Source: Candidatus Woesearchaeota archaeon
Lineage (GTDB): Archaea > Nanobdellota > Nanobdellia > Woesearchaeales > BS150m-G63
DNA: 64,000 bases
NCBI GenBank assembly: GCA_016784165.1
Contig: JADHVD010000002.1
Span: forward strand, 6,045 to 70,044
Direction of reading: 5' to 3'
Below the pieces are notes generated by a model. That model was given only the letters and a program-made list of their open reading frames with translations, was not told where the DNA came from and made no database searches. Position numbers and translations under genes: made by a program. Positions 62,369 through 64,000 of this stretch are shown here, piece after piece (the first letter of the stretch is position 1; each line of letters starts with the position of its first letter).

Positions 62369-62614
62369 ATGGAACAAGATCAAATAAATCTGGAAAAAAC
62401 AGTTGAAAAGGAATGCCCTTTTGTAAGAGTTAAGAATAGCTTGCATTTTGGCGTCTATATGTTAGCAGGAGAGGATGAAACCTCTTATGAATGTGAAATA
62501 GACGGTGGAATAGCAAGAGGCGGAAATATCAGAAGAAGCATTCCTGGTGGAGCAAGTACTCCGTGTAGTGGGGAGTATGCAAAAACTTGTCATTTATACA
62601 ATGAACATAAATGA
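62369..62614 (+). CDS. Small Cys-containing hypothetical protein
   Basis: GGAGG SD; CPF...C...C...C..Y spacing. Confidence 0.6.
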   Translation: MEQDQINLEKTVEKECPFVRVKNSLHFGVYMLAGEDETSYECEIDGGIARGGNIRRSIPGGASTPCSGEYAKTCHLYNEHK

Positions 62615-62711
62615 TAAATAAAATATTTTCTTTTTTTTATTTTTCAATTCTTACCATTCCCCAATTGAAATTAACTCTTACTAAAAAGAACAAAGAATTC
62701 CTAACCCTTTT

Positions 62712-62807
62712 TTAATCCATAATGGGAGGTTCTTCTTCGTAATCTAAATCATCAAAAAACTCAACAAGCGTCTTATTCTTTTTTATGGTTTCGTAGCTTA
62801 TATCCAT
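62712..62807 (-). CDS. Putative 31-aa acidic peptide
   Basis: MDISYETIKKNKTLVEFFDDLDYEEEPPIMD with GAGGT SD. Confidence 0.45.
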   Translation of the reverse strand: MDISYETIKKNKTLVEFFDDLDYEEEPPIMD

Positions 62808-62988
62808 TGTTACCTCTTTCCTCTTTTTTAAAATCCAAAGCCCTAACAAAACATTGAGCCCTGACTTCCTCCCAAAAATATGAAATACTTACTCCTATTT
62901 AAATAATATGAAACTATAATTATAAGGTTAAAATAACATCATCCCAAACTATATACTACACTAAATAAAGCTCGTCGAGAAATTTTTT

Positions 62989-63489
62989 TCAGTTACTTCT
63001 GAACTGTAACAAAGACGTTTTATTATGTTCCAATAGTTTACCATCTTTGCAAGCGATTTTAAAATTCAAAACATTAAGAGAACCAGTAATAAAAGTGACA
63101 TTCCAAATCACCCCTTTATCTGAGTTTTGCAATATAAATACTTTTTTAGTTGCAGTATCAGTGGGATATCTTTTCTCACGATATCCATTAGCTTTTTTCA
63201 AAGCATCTTCAATATCAACTTTAACATCTTCAATATTCACAGCACTAACTTTACTCTCTGGCCGTTTAAACACTTCATCAGTGAACATCTTTACTTCATC
63301 TCCACTAACAATAAAGCTAGTAATATCATCCCCTTTTTTATTACAATAACCCAATTGAACAGAATCAATACTTTCAGTGTCTTGCAACATAACAAAAGCA
63401 TTAGCAAAATAAAAATTCTTGTGCTTTTTCATCCAAGAATTAAACCCATCATCATTATCCAAAATTTTCAAAGCTTTTTTAACATTCAT
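62989..63489 (-). CDS. Hypothetical protein (PepSY-like C-terminal pattern)
   Basis: FILQ..VIWNVTF...NFKI...G.L. Confidence 0.7.
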   Translation of the reverse strand: MNVKKALKILDNDDGFNSWMKKHKNFYFANAFVMLQDTESIDSVQLGYCNKKGDDITSFIVSGDEVKMFTDEVFKRPESKVSAVNIEDVKVDIEDALKKANGYREKRYPTDTATKKVFILQNSDKGVIWNVTFITGSLNVLNFKIACKDGKLLEHNKTSLLQFRSN

Positions 63490-63609
63490 AAAAAACAAAA
63501 AACCACCCCCACTTTAAATAGTTTCACATTTATAACTAAATCACAACAACAATATTTATAAATAACCTCGTCCTACAATTAATAATTCTTTAATCAAGGG
63601 GGGATATAA

Positions 63610-64000
63610 ATGACAAAACACACTAGCCCTACAGGGCACCATACAAAAAAAAGATCAAAACCTTACGAAAAGATTACTTATTGGAAAGCACTCACTGTAA
63701 TTTTTACAGTATTATTTATTATTTCTGTTGCAACCCAAGGTTTCAGGGTATTCCCAGAATATAGTTTTCCAAAATCATCAACTTCTTCAGAAACAGTTAA
63801 ATTAGATTTTTATGTAATGTCTCAATGTCCTTATGGGACAGAAGTTGAAGACGCAATAGCGCCAGTCATGGAAAAATTAGGAGATAATCTAGATCTTAAC
63901 TTATATTTCATAGCTAATGATAATGGCAATGGTCAATTTTCATCTTTACATGGTCAGCCAGAAGTTCTTGGAAACATAGTTCAGCTATGTGCAATTAAAC
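63610..64000 (+). CDS. Partial membrane-anchored thioredoxin-fold protein (GILT/DsbA-like), 3'-truncated
   Basis: TM helix then FYVMSQCPYG and SLHGQPEVLGNIVQLCA. Confidence 0.75.
   Translation, partial: MTKHTSPTGHHTKKRSKPYEKITYWKALTVIFTVLFIISVATQGFRVFPEYSFPKSSTSSETVKLDFYVMSQCPYGTEVEDAIAPVMEKLGDNLDLNLYFIANDNGNGQFSSLHGQPEVLGNIVQLCAIK

Overview
AT-rich archaeal chromosomal segment. The gene content points to a DPANN archaeon, most likely Woesearchaeota-like (inference). Archaeal markers include aIF5B, aEF-1beta, rps13-rps4-rps11-rpoD-rpl18e-rpl13-rps9-rpoN, GatD/GatE, Cdc48, NAC, Sec61beta, Trm1, Nre and oapABC. Bacterial-type genes include gyrA, a LeuRS core, an Adk with Zn-LID, a PlsB-like acyltransferase and an SLT-LysM lytic transglycosylase. 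RNA genes read directly from the sequence are SRP RNA, a compact RNase P RNA, tRNA-Gly(TCC), tRNA-His(GTG), tRNA-Thr(TGT, one intron) and tRNA-Arg(CCT, two introns, one in the D-loop). No CRISPR array, transposase or integrase was seen. The best candidates for new biology are: (1) a tight three-gene operon at 50.3-53.2 kb encoding a RelA/SpoT-type HD hydrolase, a divergent RelA/SpoT-synthetase-like enzyme lacking the normal guanine-binding loop, and a SAM methyltransferase; (2) a structured RNA motif present twice (13.3 kb and 32.7 kb) with an identical 19-mer and compensatory base changes, both copies in tRNA-related contexts; (3) a peptidoglycan hydrolase in an archaeon. All family assignments come from motif recognition by eye; no searches were run.
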